Source: Octopus sinensis (taxonomy: Eukaryota). From it: DNA of 64,000 nt. The stretch is taken from the NCBI RefSeq assembly GCF_006345805.1, contig NC_043005.1:56234001-56298000 (forward strand), written 5' to 3'. Position numbers and translations under genes: made by a program. Position 1 is the stretch's first letter. Each line of letters begins with the position of its first letter. This document shows positions 28,480 through 42,229 of the stretch, piece after piece. The notes beneath the pieces are model-generated. The model worked only from the letters and a program-made list of their open reading frames with translations, was not told where the DNA came from and ran no database searches.

Positions 28480-31177
28480 ACCTACACCATCAATAAATGT
28501 GGTGACAAAATTTATGTACATTGTTTTAAAGCTTTGATGATTGTTTTATTCTTCAGTATATCAAATAGTAATGCATAATATTGTGTGGTGTTATATAATG
28601 TGTATAACATACAACAGTTTTTGTTGATATCTAAACCCAAGATGAAAGGGCATTTCTTCATCAAATCTCTGTGTCACTTTTTTTAAAAACATGGAAAAAT
28701 TTAGACCTAGTTATACTATCCATCTTTCTTTTTATGCTTGGTGGTTGGTGTTATGAAGGGTGGAAGGGTCTGACAGGAGCTGTAAAAACCCTGCCAAAAC
28801 AGTCTGGTGCAGGGTTCTGCCTGGCCAGCTCCTGTCAAACCCGCCCACCCATGCCAGCATGGCAGACAGACATTAAACGATGATGATGAGTGGTTGGTGT
28901 TAGGAAGGGCATCCAGCTGTAGAAACACTGCCAGATCAGACTGGAGCTTGGTGCAGCCTTCTGGCTTCCCAGATCCCTGGTCGAACCGTCCAACCCATGC
29001 TAGCATGGAGAACGGACATTAAACGATGATGATGATGATGTAGCATAATTAGGTTAAAGTTTTGTTGCCATTTCCAGCTGATTAAGCACCTACATGGAGC
29101 TTCTTCCATTGGCTTGACTGCTCACTGTCTATTCATTTAGCTAGTTTAAGGTTATCATCATCATTTAACGTCTGTTTTCCATGCTGACATCGGTTGGATG
29201 GCTTGACAGGAGTTGACCCACTGAAGAACTGCCCACGCTACATGTCTGTTTTGGCGTGGTTTCCATGGCTGGATGCCATTCCTAATGCCAACCACTTTAC
29301 AGTTTTCTCTATAGATTTTCAGTAGAAATTACTACCAGCACTGATTTGTTACAATGTTTTGTATCTGAGGACATCTAATGTAAACAATGCAGTTGAAGAT
29401 AGATTAAAGATATACCTGCCTGTGAAATATTCAGCTATTTATGCATTCATTTAGTGAACAGATAGATCAGTTGATCATCACTGAAACTGATGAAGATCCA
29501 TTTACTTACAAATTACAATATATTAGCAACTTCTCTGTTTTCTATATTTATATCAGTTCTCAAGACATTGATCAAGAATGTTTAGATTTAGCTTTGAATT
29601 GATCAACTACAAACACTGCTAGTGCTGCTGCTTAGAAAGTCTCGTTAATTTTCCTGTAAGCGATTTCATTAATATATAATGTCTCATTATCAATAACTCC
29701 CTTTCCTTGCTCTCTTTCCACCACCACCACCCTTCCCCCACCGTTCATGTATAGTTGTTTACTACCCAAGGAATGGCTTATAAAATGCGTAATCAGTTCG
29801 TTTTGAGACAATTCACTTACGAGATAATGTTTTCCCCTCTACCGTTGTCACATCTTTGTACACTTTACACCATTGTACCAGTTTCCTGTTCTTATATATG
29901 ATCTATGTATGCGTATGTGCTTGCATGCACATGTATGTAGATATATACATGTGTGTATTTATGTTTGTGTTTGTGCTTATATAGATAGACAGACAGACAG
30001 ACAGACCGACATATGTATACACATGTAGATGTACTCATCTGAAATAATCATTAGCCAAGTGTTTGCATCCCTCTCCTTTTATTGGGTCCAAGAATGGAGA
30101 GGTGAGGGCCAAGAATGTGCCTGTGTCTGCTTGCAACTTCTTATTTCAGTCATTGGACTGTTGCCATGCTGGAGTTACCATTTTGATGCGTTTAAGCAAA
30201 CAAGTCAACCCCATTATTTATTTTAAAGTCAGGTACTTATTCTTTTGGACTCTTTTTGCTGAACCATCATGCTATGGGGTTACTAACAAACCAACACCAG
30301 ATGTCAAGAGATTAAAGACAAACATATACTCATAAACAATATATAATATATACATGATGGGCTTGTAAACAGTTTCCATCTCCTAAATCACTCACAAGAC
30401 ATTGGTTGGCCTGGGGTTATAGTGACAGATATTTGCCAAATGCCTCACAGTGGGCCTGAACCCAAAACCATGCGGTTGCCAAGGGAACTACTTAACCACA
30501 CAGCTATTCCTGCACCCACTATGAAATGAACTGCCTTTGACAGCACAAGTGCTTATATGCTTTATATATAGCATGTATTAAATGCTGTACATAATGACAT
30601 GTATTCAATGCTGTGCATCATTGATTTCAAATTTATTGGAATTTCTCTCTCAGTTGGAGACAGGGAAACAAAACCCTGACTGTAATTGTTTGTCATTCTT
30701 GAAGAGCTGGGGAGATCATTTCAAGTAATTAAGAAAAAATTTTTCAAGTTAATTTTTATTCTAAGAGAAAGCACAGTGGAGTGCAAGGCAGTGAACAAGA
30801 TGAAAATTAGGTATCATGCACGATGATGAGTGTGTACAGAATTATAGTAGAATGCTTTCTTTTACTAATGTTGTCAAATGCATTGTAATGCCATTACAAG
30901 AAATTGTCGAATGAGCAGAATGCATGAGAGAGAGGGGAAGGGAAGCAGTCATTCAAGTTGACAAATATACAATTGAAAGATATTTAAGGATATGAAGACA
31001 AGGAAAGCAGCTGGTCATTATGAACAGCCAGCAAAATGCTTGAAGTATTTTCCAAAGAAGGTCATGTGCAAATGTCACTTTCTCATTCAGTTAAAGAATA
31101 CCAGAAGGTTTCACACCCTATAAGAAGCATTGCAGTGTCATCATCAATTTGTCAAAAGGAAAAAAGATGCTATGTAG

Positions 31178-32171
31178 CAGGGGTTCTCAATCATTTCTTA
31201 TTTGTGAACCCCTTTGGTTATCATTTAAGTCTGGTGGACCCCATAACCATTTGATGTTTATAAACTAGTTTTATTCTTACTCTTTTACTTGTTTCAGTCA
31301 TTTGACTGTGGCCACGCTGGAGCACCACCTTTAGTTTTGCAAATCGACCCCAGGACTTATTCTTTGTAAGCTTAGTACTTATTCTATCAGTCTCTTTTGC
31401 TGAACCGCTAAGTTACGGGGACGTAAACACACCAGCATCGGTTGTCAAGTGATGTTGGGGCGACAAATATAGACACACAAACACACACGTAGTGCCACCT
31501 GAACTGGCTTCTGTGCCGGTGGCACGTAAAAAGCACCAACCGATCGTGGCTGCTGCCAGCCTCCCCTGGCACCTGTGCCGGTGGCATGTAAAAAGCACCC
31601 ACTACACTCATGGAGTGGTTGGTGTTAGGAAGAGCATCCAGCTGTAGAAACACTGCCGGATCAGACTGGAGCCTGGTGGAGCCTCCTGGTTTCCCAGACC
31701 CCAGTCAAACCATCCAACCCGTGCTAGCACGGAAAACGGATGTTAAACGGTGATGATGATGATGATATATATATGACGGGCTTCTTTCAGTTTCCGTCTA
31801 CCAAATCCACTCACAAGGCTCTGGTCAGCCCGTGGCTATAGTAGAAGACAATTGCCTAAGGTGCCACGCAGTGGGACTGGACCCGGAACCATGTGGTTGG
31901 TAAGCAAGCTACTTACTACACAGCCACTCCTACACCTGTAAATTTATAGAAATTTCTTTTAAAATTCCTATTTTGTTTTTCACTAGAACTATGTAAAATT
32001 CTAAAGAAAGAAACCTTGCTGTTTCTTGCAATACATACATCTAAAGCAAAAATTTTTCAGGTGGCCTTAAAATACTGTTGTGGGTCCCTAATCTGCTATT
32101 TTGTTGTGAAGACCACTAAAAGTCTTTTATGTTACCTCAGGAGTGATACGGACCCCTGTCAAGAACCACTT
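31178..32171. mobile_element. hAT-like MITE split by a nested SINE and LINE tail
   Basis: CAGGGGTTCTCAA start and AAGAACCACTT end; SINE A at ~31274-31936 inside it. Confidence 0.5.
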
Positions 32172-32239
32172 CTCTGGAGGGTGACTTGGTTACAAAGATA
32201 TCAATTTGATGGGTCAGGTTACTAAAGTTACAACTGGTT

Positions 32240-32770
32240 AGGAAAAAAATTAGCCTGGATGAGATGAAATTTGGGTTTATTTGAGGATAAAGTACTACAG
32301 TTGCCTGCTTCCTAGTGAATCAGCTACAGAAGAAATACTAGCTAGAAGTTTGCCACATGACTTTTGTTAACCTTAAAGTTTTTAACAGGATTCTATACTC
32401 TGTAGGTTGGGTACTTAAAAAACTATATTGTGAGTGCCATGCAAGTAATGTACAGTGGTGATGTTAGCAAAGTGATAGTTCAGCATTAGTCCTGCTTGGG
32501 TTTTACTGCACAGATTGATGTACACCAAAGCTCTGTTCTCAGCTTTTCTGAGGCAGTGGAGTTATAGATTTTTAGGCCATGATTGAGAACTTTAAGACCT
32601 CTTGTCTGTGAAAACTCTCATATGCCAACAACATAATTCCCATTGCAGAATTACGTAGCTAAAGATTTTGAGAAGAAATTCCAAATTCTAATGCAAAAAC
32701 CTTAAATCAAGAAGCTTCAAAGTAAGTCTAACAAAGACTTGAATCTTAGCTGAAAATTTTGGCATTGGGA
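32240..32770 (+). mobile_element. Decayed RTE reverse-transcriptase core
   Basis: Traces FGF..STT..QLQKKY..FVNLK..VHQSSVLS..LSYANNIIPIAE (LLYADD-like). Confidence 0.65.
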
Positions 32771-32930
32771 CCTTTTCTGCAGGAAATCTTTGAAGAATTG
32801 GTGTTTTGAGCTGACTTCTCTGTTCTGTCGTGTGTGTGTGTGTGTGTGTTTTTAAATGAAACAGATGTAAGCCATGGAATAAATATGGTACTAACAACTC
32901 CACTTTTTTATATATATGTGTGTGTGTGTG

Positions 32931-32986
<56 letters not shown>

Positions 32987-33479
32987 CATACATACATACA
33001 TACATACATACATACATACATACATACATACATACATACATACATACATACATACATACATCATCATTCATTTATTTATGTATATAGATATATATACATA
33101 CACATATATATTTATTTCGTAAATATGTGTGTATGTATGTATTGTTCACATATGAATCTAATATAAAATATGGAAAACACACATGTGTATATTATATATA
33201 TTTGCGTGTGTACATTATGTATATTGTGTGTGAGAGAGAGAGAACGTAGGGAGGGAGAGAAAGGTTTATTTAGATACAGATATCTCTTCTTTCATCTTCT
33301 CAACTTCCTTCATCAAGATTTATTCAAATCTCTCAATCTTTATTTCGTTGTTGTTTTCTACGCTCACTCATTGTTTGAGATGAGAAATTCTCTAGAAATA
33401 TTCTCCATATCTTCCTTTATATTCTTTACATCTTTTAGCACAATTATTCAACCATTGTCACTAGAAACAGTTTTCTTTG

Positions 33480-33963
33480 AATCTCTTTGTTCATTATGCA
33501 TTCGTATGTGTCTGCATGTGCGTGTATGTGTCTGCATGCGCATGTATGTGTCTGCATGTGCGTGTGCATGTCTGCATATGTGTGTATGTGTCTGCATGTC
33601 TGTGTAGGTGTGTGCTTGTATGTGTATGTATGCAGTACATTTTTACATATGTTTATACATGTATTTGTGTATATATGCACATATCTGTTTATATATGTTC
33701 ATGTACATATGTGTCTTTATATGTATGTGTGTGTATATGTTTGTGCATATATATGTCTTTGTCTGTGTGTGCATACATATGTGTGTGTGTGCATATAGGT
33801 GTGTGTATATGCATGTGTATATGTGTATGCACATATGTAAGTTCATATATATTTGTATATATATGTGTGTGTGTGTGTATGTATATTTATTTGTATGTAT
33901 ATATATATATGTGTGTGTGTATGTATACATATATATACGGATGTGTATATGTTTATGTATATG

Positions 33964-34025
<62 letters not shown>

Positions 34026-34038
34026 GTGTGTGTGTATG

Positions 34039-34099
<61 letters not shown>

Positions 34100-34100
34100 A
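33480..34100. repeat. Compound (TG/TA/TATG)n low-complexity tract; similar tracts at 32910-33060, 44665-44770, 45720-45970, 62368-62460
   Basis: Read directly; these account for the YIYI/CVCV ORFs in the track. Confidence 0.97.
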
Positions 34101-34202
34101 TTTTTTTTTTCTGTAGTTTCAGCTCAGAGCTGTGGCCATACTAATGCACCGCCGTTTTGCTACACTGTCATTACTGAGAGCCTCCTCCGATATGTAGCAC
34201 TT

Positions 34203-34556
34203 GGTGAAGAATAGAGTTTGATATAACAGTAAAGACCTGAAAACAGTGTATCGCTTTATCGGACAAGTGTTTGGTCCTCGGTCTTCATTTGTGGTACCAC
34301 TCAAGTCTAAAGGCAGCTGCTATCTCTTCAAGGACCATGAGGGTCTCATGAAACGTTGGACTGAGCACTTCACTGATCTCTTTTATAATCCTTCAGTTAT
34401 TGGTGAAAGTGTCATCGGTAATCTGTCCCAAAAGGACATCATTCATGAGACGATGGAACATCCAACTATAGATGAGATCAAAAAGACAATCAAAGAATTA
34501 AATACTGGGAAGGCACCAGGTCTTGACGGTGTTCCTGTTGAAATTCTCCTCCATTG
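34203..34556 (+). mobile_element. LINE (RTE-like) ORF fragment, endonuclease-RT linker
   Basis: MKRWTEHF..PTIDEIKKTIKELNTGKAPGLDGVPVEIL. Confidence 0.85.
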
Positions 34557-35487
34557 GGGTGCTGATGTAATTGACTTATCCCTTCCACCAAACTTGCTGG
34601 CCTTGTGCCAAAATTTTAAGCCATTCATTATGCATTATCTCATAGCTTCGAGATTTTGATGATGTGATTGTTTATCTTTACAATGACATTGAAGAATAGG
34701 TGTGAGAGACCAGATCTGACCAGTTTGAAATATAACCAGTAGAATATTTGGGCCATATATTGCCAGTTTAAATGCTAAAGAGTAAACCTTTTATCATTGA
34801 GATCATTATCAAATTTAATGCTTATTCACATTGTTTTGAATTAATCATGTGTTATCTCATAGCTTCAAGATTTTGAGGATGTGGATGTATACTATGAGAG
34901 TGAGATTGTGGGAGGTCAAATTTGACTGGTTTGAGTATAAAACTGATAGATTATTTAGACCAATTACAGAAAGCTTAAATGCTGAAGTGTTTAATAATGT
35001 AAATAATCAAGCAAAAACAAATCACAAGAGACAGTAGTATAAATCCATATTAAATACCTAGACTCAAATTTTACTTTTACACTTTGACAGTTTATTTGTG
35101 AAAGAAAGTCTATATTTAGGAATGTCATTTCCATTATACATGTGGCAGTTATCACAATGAAAACAAACCAGTGCATAACAAATTGGGCAGAATATACGGT
35201 CACAGTAAATAGAGATTTTCCGAAGTCCTAATTTGATAATGAAACTAAGGTGAAAAATCGATTAATTTTACTTCACTTTCTTTACACATTTCGTGATAAC
35301 TACAGCATGTATGAAAGACATGACATTCTGAAAATGAAAGTTTTTCTTCCATTGATAAACACTGCTAAAGTGTGAAACTCAAGCTAAGTTCAGTTATTTA
35401 GTATGTACTTATTTTGATCTCTTTATTTATGTATCTTTTTGTCTGTTTGTCTATCTGTTTTTGCATGGATGTGTATATATTTGTATA

Positions 35488-35563
<76 letters not shown>

Positions 35564-36677
35564 CATACACACACATACACATATTCTCTTGATTTCTTTG
35601 TTATTTATTTAGAATCAAACGGTCAAACTGTAATATTTCTCTACAGTTTTTATCCAACACTCTCGTAAGCTATTCCACAAAAAATTATAACTTCATACAT
35701 TTTGAGAAATATCTATATATAAAAACCCTTGCATCAATTTAAAATGATTTCTAAATATTAAATTCAGTACCATTTGAGCACTTTGTGTCAAGTTTAGTTC
35801 ACACAGAAATGCTCTTTTTGTCTGACAGCGTATTCGATCCTGTCTGTTTTGTTCCTCCTCATACTCTTACTTTGATAATCACATTTTGTGATAACCACAT
35901 TTTGTAGTAACTACATTTAGTAATAATAACTACATTTTCGGATAATAACTTTGCATATAAAAGAAGCAACAATCCTAAATATAGTCTTCCTATCACTGAT
36001 GAACTCTAGTGTATTTAACTATGTATTTATTTTAATATCTATCTTTTGATTTGTTTCATTGTCGTCTTGCTTGCGTTGTCTACGTATGTATATTCCTGTA
36101 TGTGTATGCCTGTGTGTGTGTGTGTGTGTTTATTCCACTCATACAAGCTATTTAATTGACAACTCTTTAAATTGCATCAGTAATAAAATTGTAATTCATA
36201 GTATCTCTCTTTTATCTTTTCAAATAATGTTCAGAGTGGCCTAAGCTATTCTTTACTCCACAAATATTGTGAGGCGTGTCAAAGGCAGTCATGTTAGATT
36301 TCACATGATCGATGATGACCGCAGTGTCAAAGGTCATACTTATAACTTTGTTTTGGCTACGAATGAAATCGCCGATCATTTTTACATTCATTCCGAGACA
36401 ACAACCCTTTGATATTTCTGTTTATGTCCCCATACATATGTATATTTACATATGTATCTATGTATCTTCTATCTATCTAGCCACACACACGCACACATCA
36501 CACATATATATATATATGCATGTATAGTAACATGTGTGTGCCTGTATGTATGAAAAAATCCAACATTATGTAGGTATTGAGATTAGTTTTAATATTGACG
36601 TGGTTAGCATGACATTTTGTGTGTATATGTGCGTATGATACACATATGTATATATATATATATATACATACATACAT

Positions 36678-36728
<51 letters not shown>

Positions 36729-37959
36729 GCACAGTGAGTTCACAATCAATGTTATTAATTTGATGCTTGAGAGAAGGGTGAGAGTTAATGGCTATAATGT
36801 TTCAAAAATTGCTCTTCTTTGGATAATCAAAAAAGAAGGGAAAAAAACAGGAGAAACTGGAAAAAGAGGTAAGACTAAAAAGAAATTGTGGGAAGAACCA
36901 ATTCCAGAGAGAGAGGCCATTTGGAGTTTACCTATAAGCTTGACTAGTGTCTCACACACACACACACACACACATATGCCTATATATCATACATACATAA
37001 AATATTTATCTAGACAAAGGATGTATAGGTCTATTCAAGCTAGCATTTTTTCCCCATCTTCCTTCATATGTATGTGATGTAGATATGTATACATATGTAT
37101 ATGCCTGTTTGAGTATATATTTGTATGTGTATGCATAAATAGTGTTTTGAGTAAGTGCTCACTAGCCTTAATTGACTCTCTTTATATACACTCTCACATA
37201 CAGTTACACACTAACATATACATACTTCACTTTATACATGAACTAGTGGTTTTATGAGTATATTTACATCAGGGTTATATTTTCATATAAGATTGTGGTC
37301 TACAGTATGTCTTATGAGATATGGAATTATGTTGGTATTGTCTTGAGCATATGAGGTAATATGTTGATCAATTATGGCAAACTGCAGCCTTCTGAATAAC
37401 ATACCTACTTTGAGGAAAATAATGTCCATTAAAAAATATTGTTTTTCATTTCCTTCCCACTTGTTCATCCATACTCTCTCCCTCACTCAAAGGGGTTGGG
37501 GAAGCTGGTGTCAAAGGGGAATAACTATCAAATGCCCTACTGATGTGCTTAAGTTATTAATATCAGTTGTGTTGCTACACCAGTTAGAAAAATAAAAAGT
37601 ATTCACCTTCATCAGTCATCTGTGTAATTTTCAATGTGCTTCAGTGAGAATTTTCAACCATCCAAACATTCAAGATCCTTAAAGTGACATATCTACTCAG
37701 GACACTACATAAGTGAGCAAAAATTATTGATTTAATGTTCAGTTTCTGTTTCCACCACTTACACTGACTTCACTGCAATAATTCAACAAGTGTAGTTACA
37801 TGTGCATATCACAAAGTATTGTCAGGCATATCGCATAGCATTACCATGCATAGTTATAAATAGAAATTGAACATTAAAATCAATAATAAATGCTTTTTGA
37901 AATTTTTAATTTTTTATATCACAACTTGTGTTTTCATCCCCCACCCACCCACCTAAAAA

Positions 37960-39130
37960 AAATGATTTCTGAAGAAATGAGAAAATTCCATGGAAAGTGG
38001 TCAAATTATTGCTTCTTTGTGGAAATCAACCGGTAATTTTTATATGTGGCATTGATGAATAATTTAATATCATAGAATTACTGTTCAGTCTATGGAAGAC
38101 GCTGTTACAGGATATAGCATTTATGAAGAAGCAAAGAAAATTACAACAAAGTTGAATCTCCTGGTTGAAAGGATCATCACTGTAGGGACAGATAGGGCCC
38201 TTGCAATAGCTAGGCCAAAGATAGGCTTTCTATCCAATTTAAAAGGTGAAATAACTTCTTTGAAGTTATTAAACAGTGATTTTGCAATGATTCATTACAT
38301 AATTCATTAAAAAAATTGGTGTTTAAAGTTTTAAATTTTGAGAATGTTATGCATTTAGTTGCTTCCATCATAAATTTTATAAAATGCCAAGTACTTAGCA
38401 GTCACCATTTTAAAGAGTTCTTAGAAGAACTTGAATCAGAGAATGGCAATTTTGGCTTACTACAATGCAGTTCACTAGCTAACTAAAATGAAGGTGCTTC
38501 ACTGCTTTTATAACCTCAGAGAAGAGATGTGCAACTTCTTAGAATTGAGGGATAAATTTGTCCTAAGCTGAAGCAGGATTGCTGGATTTGTGATGTAGCA
38601 TTTCTCGTAAATAACACAAACCATTTAAATGATCTCAATTTAAAGTTGTGTAAGCAAAATCAATTGATTCATGAGAGGTACTCTTGTGTCAAAGATTTTT
38701 AAGAAAAACAACTTCAAAGTTGGGAGAATCAAGTCAGGACTGGTGACACTTTCCATTTTCCCTCATTAGTCATTTACAGGATGTCTGTGGATTTAAATGA
38801 GTTCAAAAAAGAACTGAACGCCAGATTTAAGGACTTCAAAGTTAGAGAAGCTGAACCCTTCTGGAAATACATAATGGTAAAGTTGAAAAGATAGCATTAA
38901 AGAGAACTGTAAATGGAAATAATTGAGCTTCAAATTGATGAATTTCTTTGGCCAAAAGGTAAATGTTCAATGAAGTTTTATGAAACCCTTTCTGAAGGAA
39001 ACTACCCCCAAAATGGTATGTTTTACTATAAGATATGCCACCATATTTGGTTGTACGTATACTTGTGAACAACTTCTGGAATGAAAATAATAAACTTGAA
39101 AACTAGGTCAAGATTGACAGACATTTTTGT
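37960..39130 (+). mobile_element. Decayed hAT transposase (SPIN/GTF2IRD2-like)
   Basis: Frameshifted motifs TDRALAI (TDGAxAM), IHYIIH (IHCIIH), FKEFLEELESE, IFGCTYTCEQL, RSRLTD. Confidence 0.8.
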
Positions 39131-39599
39131 CTTTATGACAATTTCCTTGCTGTAAATATTGCAAAAGTTATAAAACAAAGTATAACTATGCTAAGTTTCT
39201 CACTATAATTTGTAAAATATTTCTATTTCTGTCAATAACGAATGAATAATATATGTGATGTTTCCTGTCTGTATTTTGTTAGTGGTTTAATCATTATATA
39301 TGGTTTAGTTGGACTATTTTCTTCATCTGTTTTGGTCATTTTTTGTGAGCATTTTCTTCATTATTGTTAACCCAACTTGGTCATGTCGCATTAATTTGCT
39401 TCTCAGTTTCTATTTTTGTAGTTACTCCCCTTTAGTGACATTACCATTTTACCCCGGTACCATAGCTTCGAACAGTTCAACTAGACTACATATAACAATG
39501 TATATGTATGTATATTATTATGATATATGTATGTATGTATATTATTATGATATATATGTGTGTATATTATTATGATATATATGTATGTATATATATATA

Positions 39600-40496
39600 C
39601 GGTGAAGCACGACCTTCGAACTTTAGGTCTCACCAAGGAAATGACCAGTGACCGAGACCTTTGGAGGTATGCTGTGCGTGAGAAAACCCGGTGAGAACAG
39701 TCAAAATCGAGATCAAACCAAATTGAGGTCGATCAACATCAGGGCCCCCGTGCAGGTGACACGTAAAAGTACCATCCGTTCGTAGCCGTTTGCCAGCCCT
39801 GTCTGGCCCCCGTGTAGGTGGCACGTAAAAGCACCATCCGTTCGTGTTCGTTGCCAGCCTGGCCTGGCCCCTGTGCCGGTGACACATAAAAGCACCATCC
39901 GTTTGTGGCCGTTTGCCAGCTCTGTCTGGCCCCCGTGCCGGTGACACGTAGAAGCACCATCCGTTCGTGGCCATTTGCCAGCTCTGTCTGGCCCCCGTGC
40001 CGGTGACACGTAAAAGCACCATCCGTTCGTGTCCGTTTGCCAGCCCTGTCTGGCCCCCATGTCGGTGACATGTAAAAGCACCATCCGTTCGTGTCCGTTG
40101 CCAGCCTCGCCTGGCCCCCGTGCCGGTGACACGTAAAAGCACCATCCGTTCGTGGCCGTTTGCCAGCCCTGTCTGGCCCCCGTGTCGGTGGCATGTAAAA
40201 GCACCATCCGTTTGTGCCCGTTGCCAGCCTCGCCTGGCCCCCGTGCCGGTGACATGTAAAAGCACCATCCGTTCGTGGCCGTTTGCCAGCTCTGTCTGGC
40301 ACCTGTGCAGGTGGCACGTAAAAAGCACCCACTACACTCACGGAGTGGTTGGCGTTAGGAAGGGCGTCCAGCCGTAGAAACACTGCCAGATCTGACTGGG
40401 CCTGATGAAGCCTTCCAGCTTCACAGACCCCAGTTGAACCGTCCAACCCATGCTAGCATGGAGAACGGACGCTAAATGATGATGATATGATGATGA

Positions 40497-40500
<4 letters not shown>
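39600..40500 (+). mobile_element. 5'-truncated RTE-type LINE 3' end with expanded tandem array
   Basis: VKHDLRTLGLTKEMTSDRDLWRYAVREKTR* followed by 3' UTR and (GAT)n tail; flanked by (TA)n. Confidence 0.85.
39745..40330 (+). repeat. GC-rich 61-62-bp minisatellite, 10 core modules
   Basis: Unit ~CCAGCCCTGTCTGGCCCCCGTGCCGGTGACACGTAAAAGCACCATCCGTTCGTGGCCGTTTG; alternating units give a 123-bp higher-order period. Confidence 0.95.
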
Positions 40501-40532
<32 letters not shown>

Positions 40533-40799
40533 CACATGTTTGTGTGTCTTTGTGTCTGTGTTTGTCCCTCACCTCTGCTTGACAACTGGTTTTGGCATGT
40601 TTACATCCCTGTAACTTAGCAGTTTGGCAAAAGACACTGATAGAAAAAGTACCAGGTTTAATATAAAAATGAGTACTGGAGTTGATCCATTTGTAGGCAA
40701 CCTTATTTGAATCAGTGATGTCAGGTTTCAATGGGAGTCAATTCTTGAAGGGCAGTGTCCCATCATGGCCACAGCCTAATGGACTGAACTGCTGGATCC

Positions 40800-41742
40800 T
40801 AATTGAAAACTTCTTCATGGAAGTTACTTCGCTGAGCTGTTACAACTGCTCTTCATTCTGCAGTAGAGATCTTATTCCTTGTCAGCCATGCATACCTCTG
40901 TTCATCACTTTGAGATGCTCTGGCTTTTGTAGTGCACAGTCTGTTCGTTTCTTGGTATGCCTCCCTTTCTGCAGCTGTTTCTCTTTCCCTGGACAGAGAC
41001 ATTCTTTTGGCTGACCTTGACATTTTAGATAAATTTGACACTTTCCTTCTAGGCATGGTTATATATGTATACAGAAATACATAGGTGCAGAAAATAGTAG
41101 ACAATGAAAATAACTAGGTAACAGAACTTATATTTCTTAATACAGTGGGCAGAAAGTAAATAAGAAATTTTTACGGAAAATAAAGTGAAATTTGTCACTT
41201 AGTGAACCAAGGAGCCAGTGTCGAAGGAACCAGAAAAAAAACATTAACAACAAAAAAAAAGCACAAACCTGTTGCAAAATAAATAAGAAATTTTTAGGGA
41301 AATTAACTAAGTGTATGGATTTAAGTGAAATTTTTGAAGTTGCTTCTGTCAGTAAATTATAGACTAACGAAGAAAGAAGGGGAGAGAGAGAGCTAGCTAG
41401 TTAGACAGATAGATAAAGATGGATAGAGAGATATAAATGTCATTGATGCTAGAAAACTGGAAGTAAATATTTTTTTAAACTTTCAAAGATGTAAATCTAA
41501 AACAAAATCAATATTTTTTTTTTATGACCAATGGATGTAAGAAAGATCATCAATTTCTGAAAGTTACTTCACAAAGAGTTCCCTCCCTTCCCCACGTAAC
41601 CCAGGACTGGGTGTTTTCTGCCCCCAGGAATCCCATTAGTCATTATATGAAAACTTTTAAGTCTAAAACCACCCCTGGAACATACGTAATCTATGTTTCC
41701 AGTTATAATCTTTTACACACACAGACAGAACAGGATTTATAT

Positions 41743-41750
<8 letters not shown>
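40800..41750 (-). mobile_element. Probable Helitron 5' remnant
   Basis: ORF MPRRKVSNLSKMSRSAKRMSLSRERETAAERE.. resembles Helitron RepHel N-termini; TATATATAA..CTGTCTGTG 5' end at ~41750. Confidence 0.55.
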
Positions 41751-41773
<23 letters not shown>

Positions 41774-42229
41774 ATACACATATACGCACACACACAAATA
41801 GGCTTCTTTCAGTTATATAGATATTTTTAAAGGAATCATTCCTTCTTTGTAGCAGAGTGATAGACCGATCATTCTGTAAGGGTTAAATGATATACTACTG
41901 ATATTTTCCTTCTCAATACTATCATACTCTAACCTCTCAAAACCTAGCATAAAGCCACTTTCCTTTTTACTATACTTTCACTCACTGAAGGAAGTCCTTT
42001 AGTCTTGTGAGTTACATGGTGATCTCACTACTGCTAGTGCCATAAATAAAGAAATCACCCAGTTCATTCTATGAAGTGGTTGGCATTATGGAGGCTTGTT
42101 TTGAATATTGGTTTAGTTTTAGCCTAATTATAACTTTTATCTGTTTCCCATAGGCTTAATATTCAACATATTTGCCAAAATTAAGTTGCATATATATTTG
42201 TGACAGGGAAAATATTAATACCAAGGGGA

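Noticed and set aside
33170-34214. Cys/Val/Tyr/Ile-rich ORFs up to 245 aa (also 45693-46203, 32688-33166)
   Set aside because: Translations of dinucleotide repeats.
35996-36030. CTGATGA hammerhead-like heptamer (also near 29488, 40402, 63013)
   Set aside because: No stem II followed by GAAA and no stem I pairing.
39630-40446. Long ORFs (180-235 aa) and CRISPR-like periodicity
   Set aside because: Units are near-identical along their whole length with no unique spacers and no cas genes; the ORFs arise from a stop-free GC-rich minisatellite in a LINE UTR.
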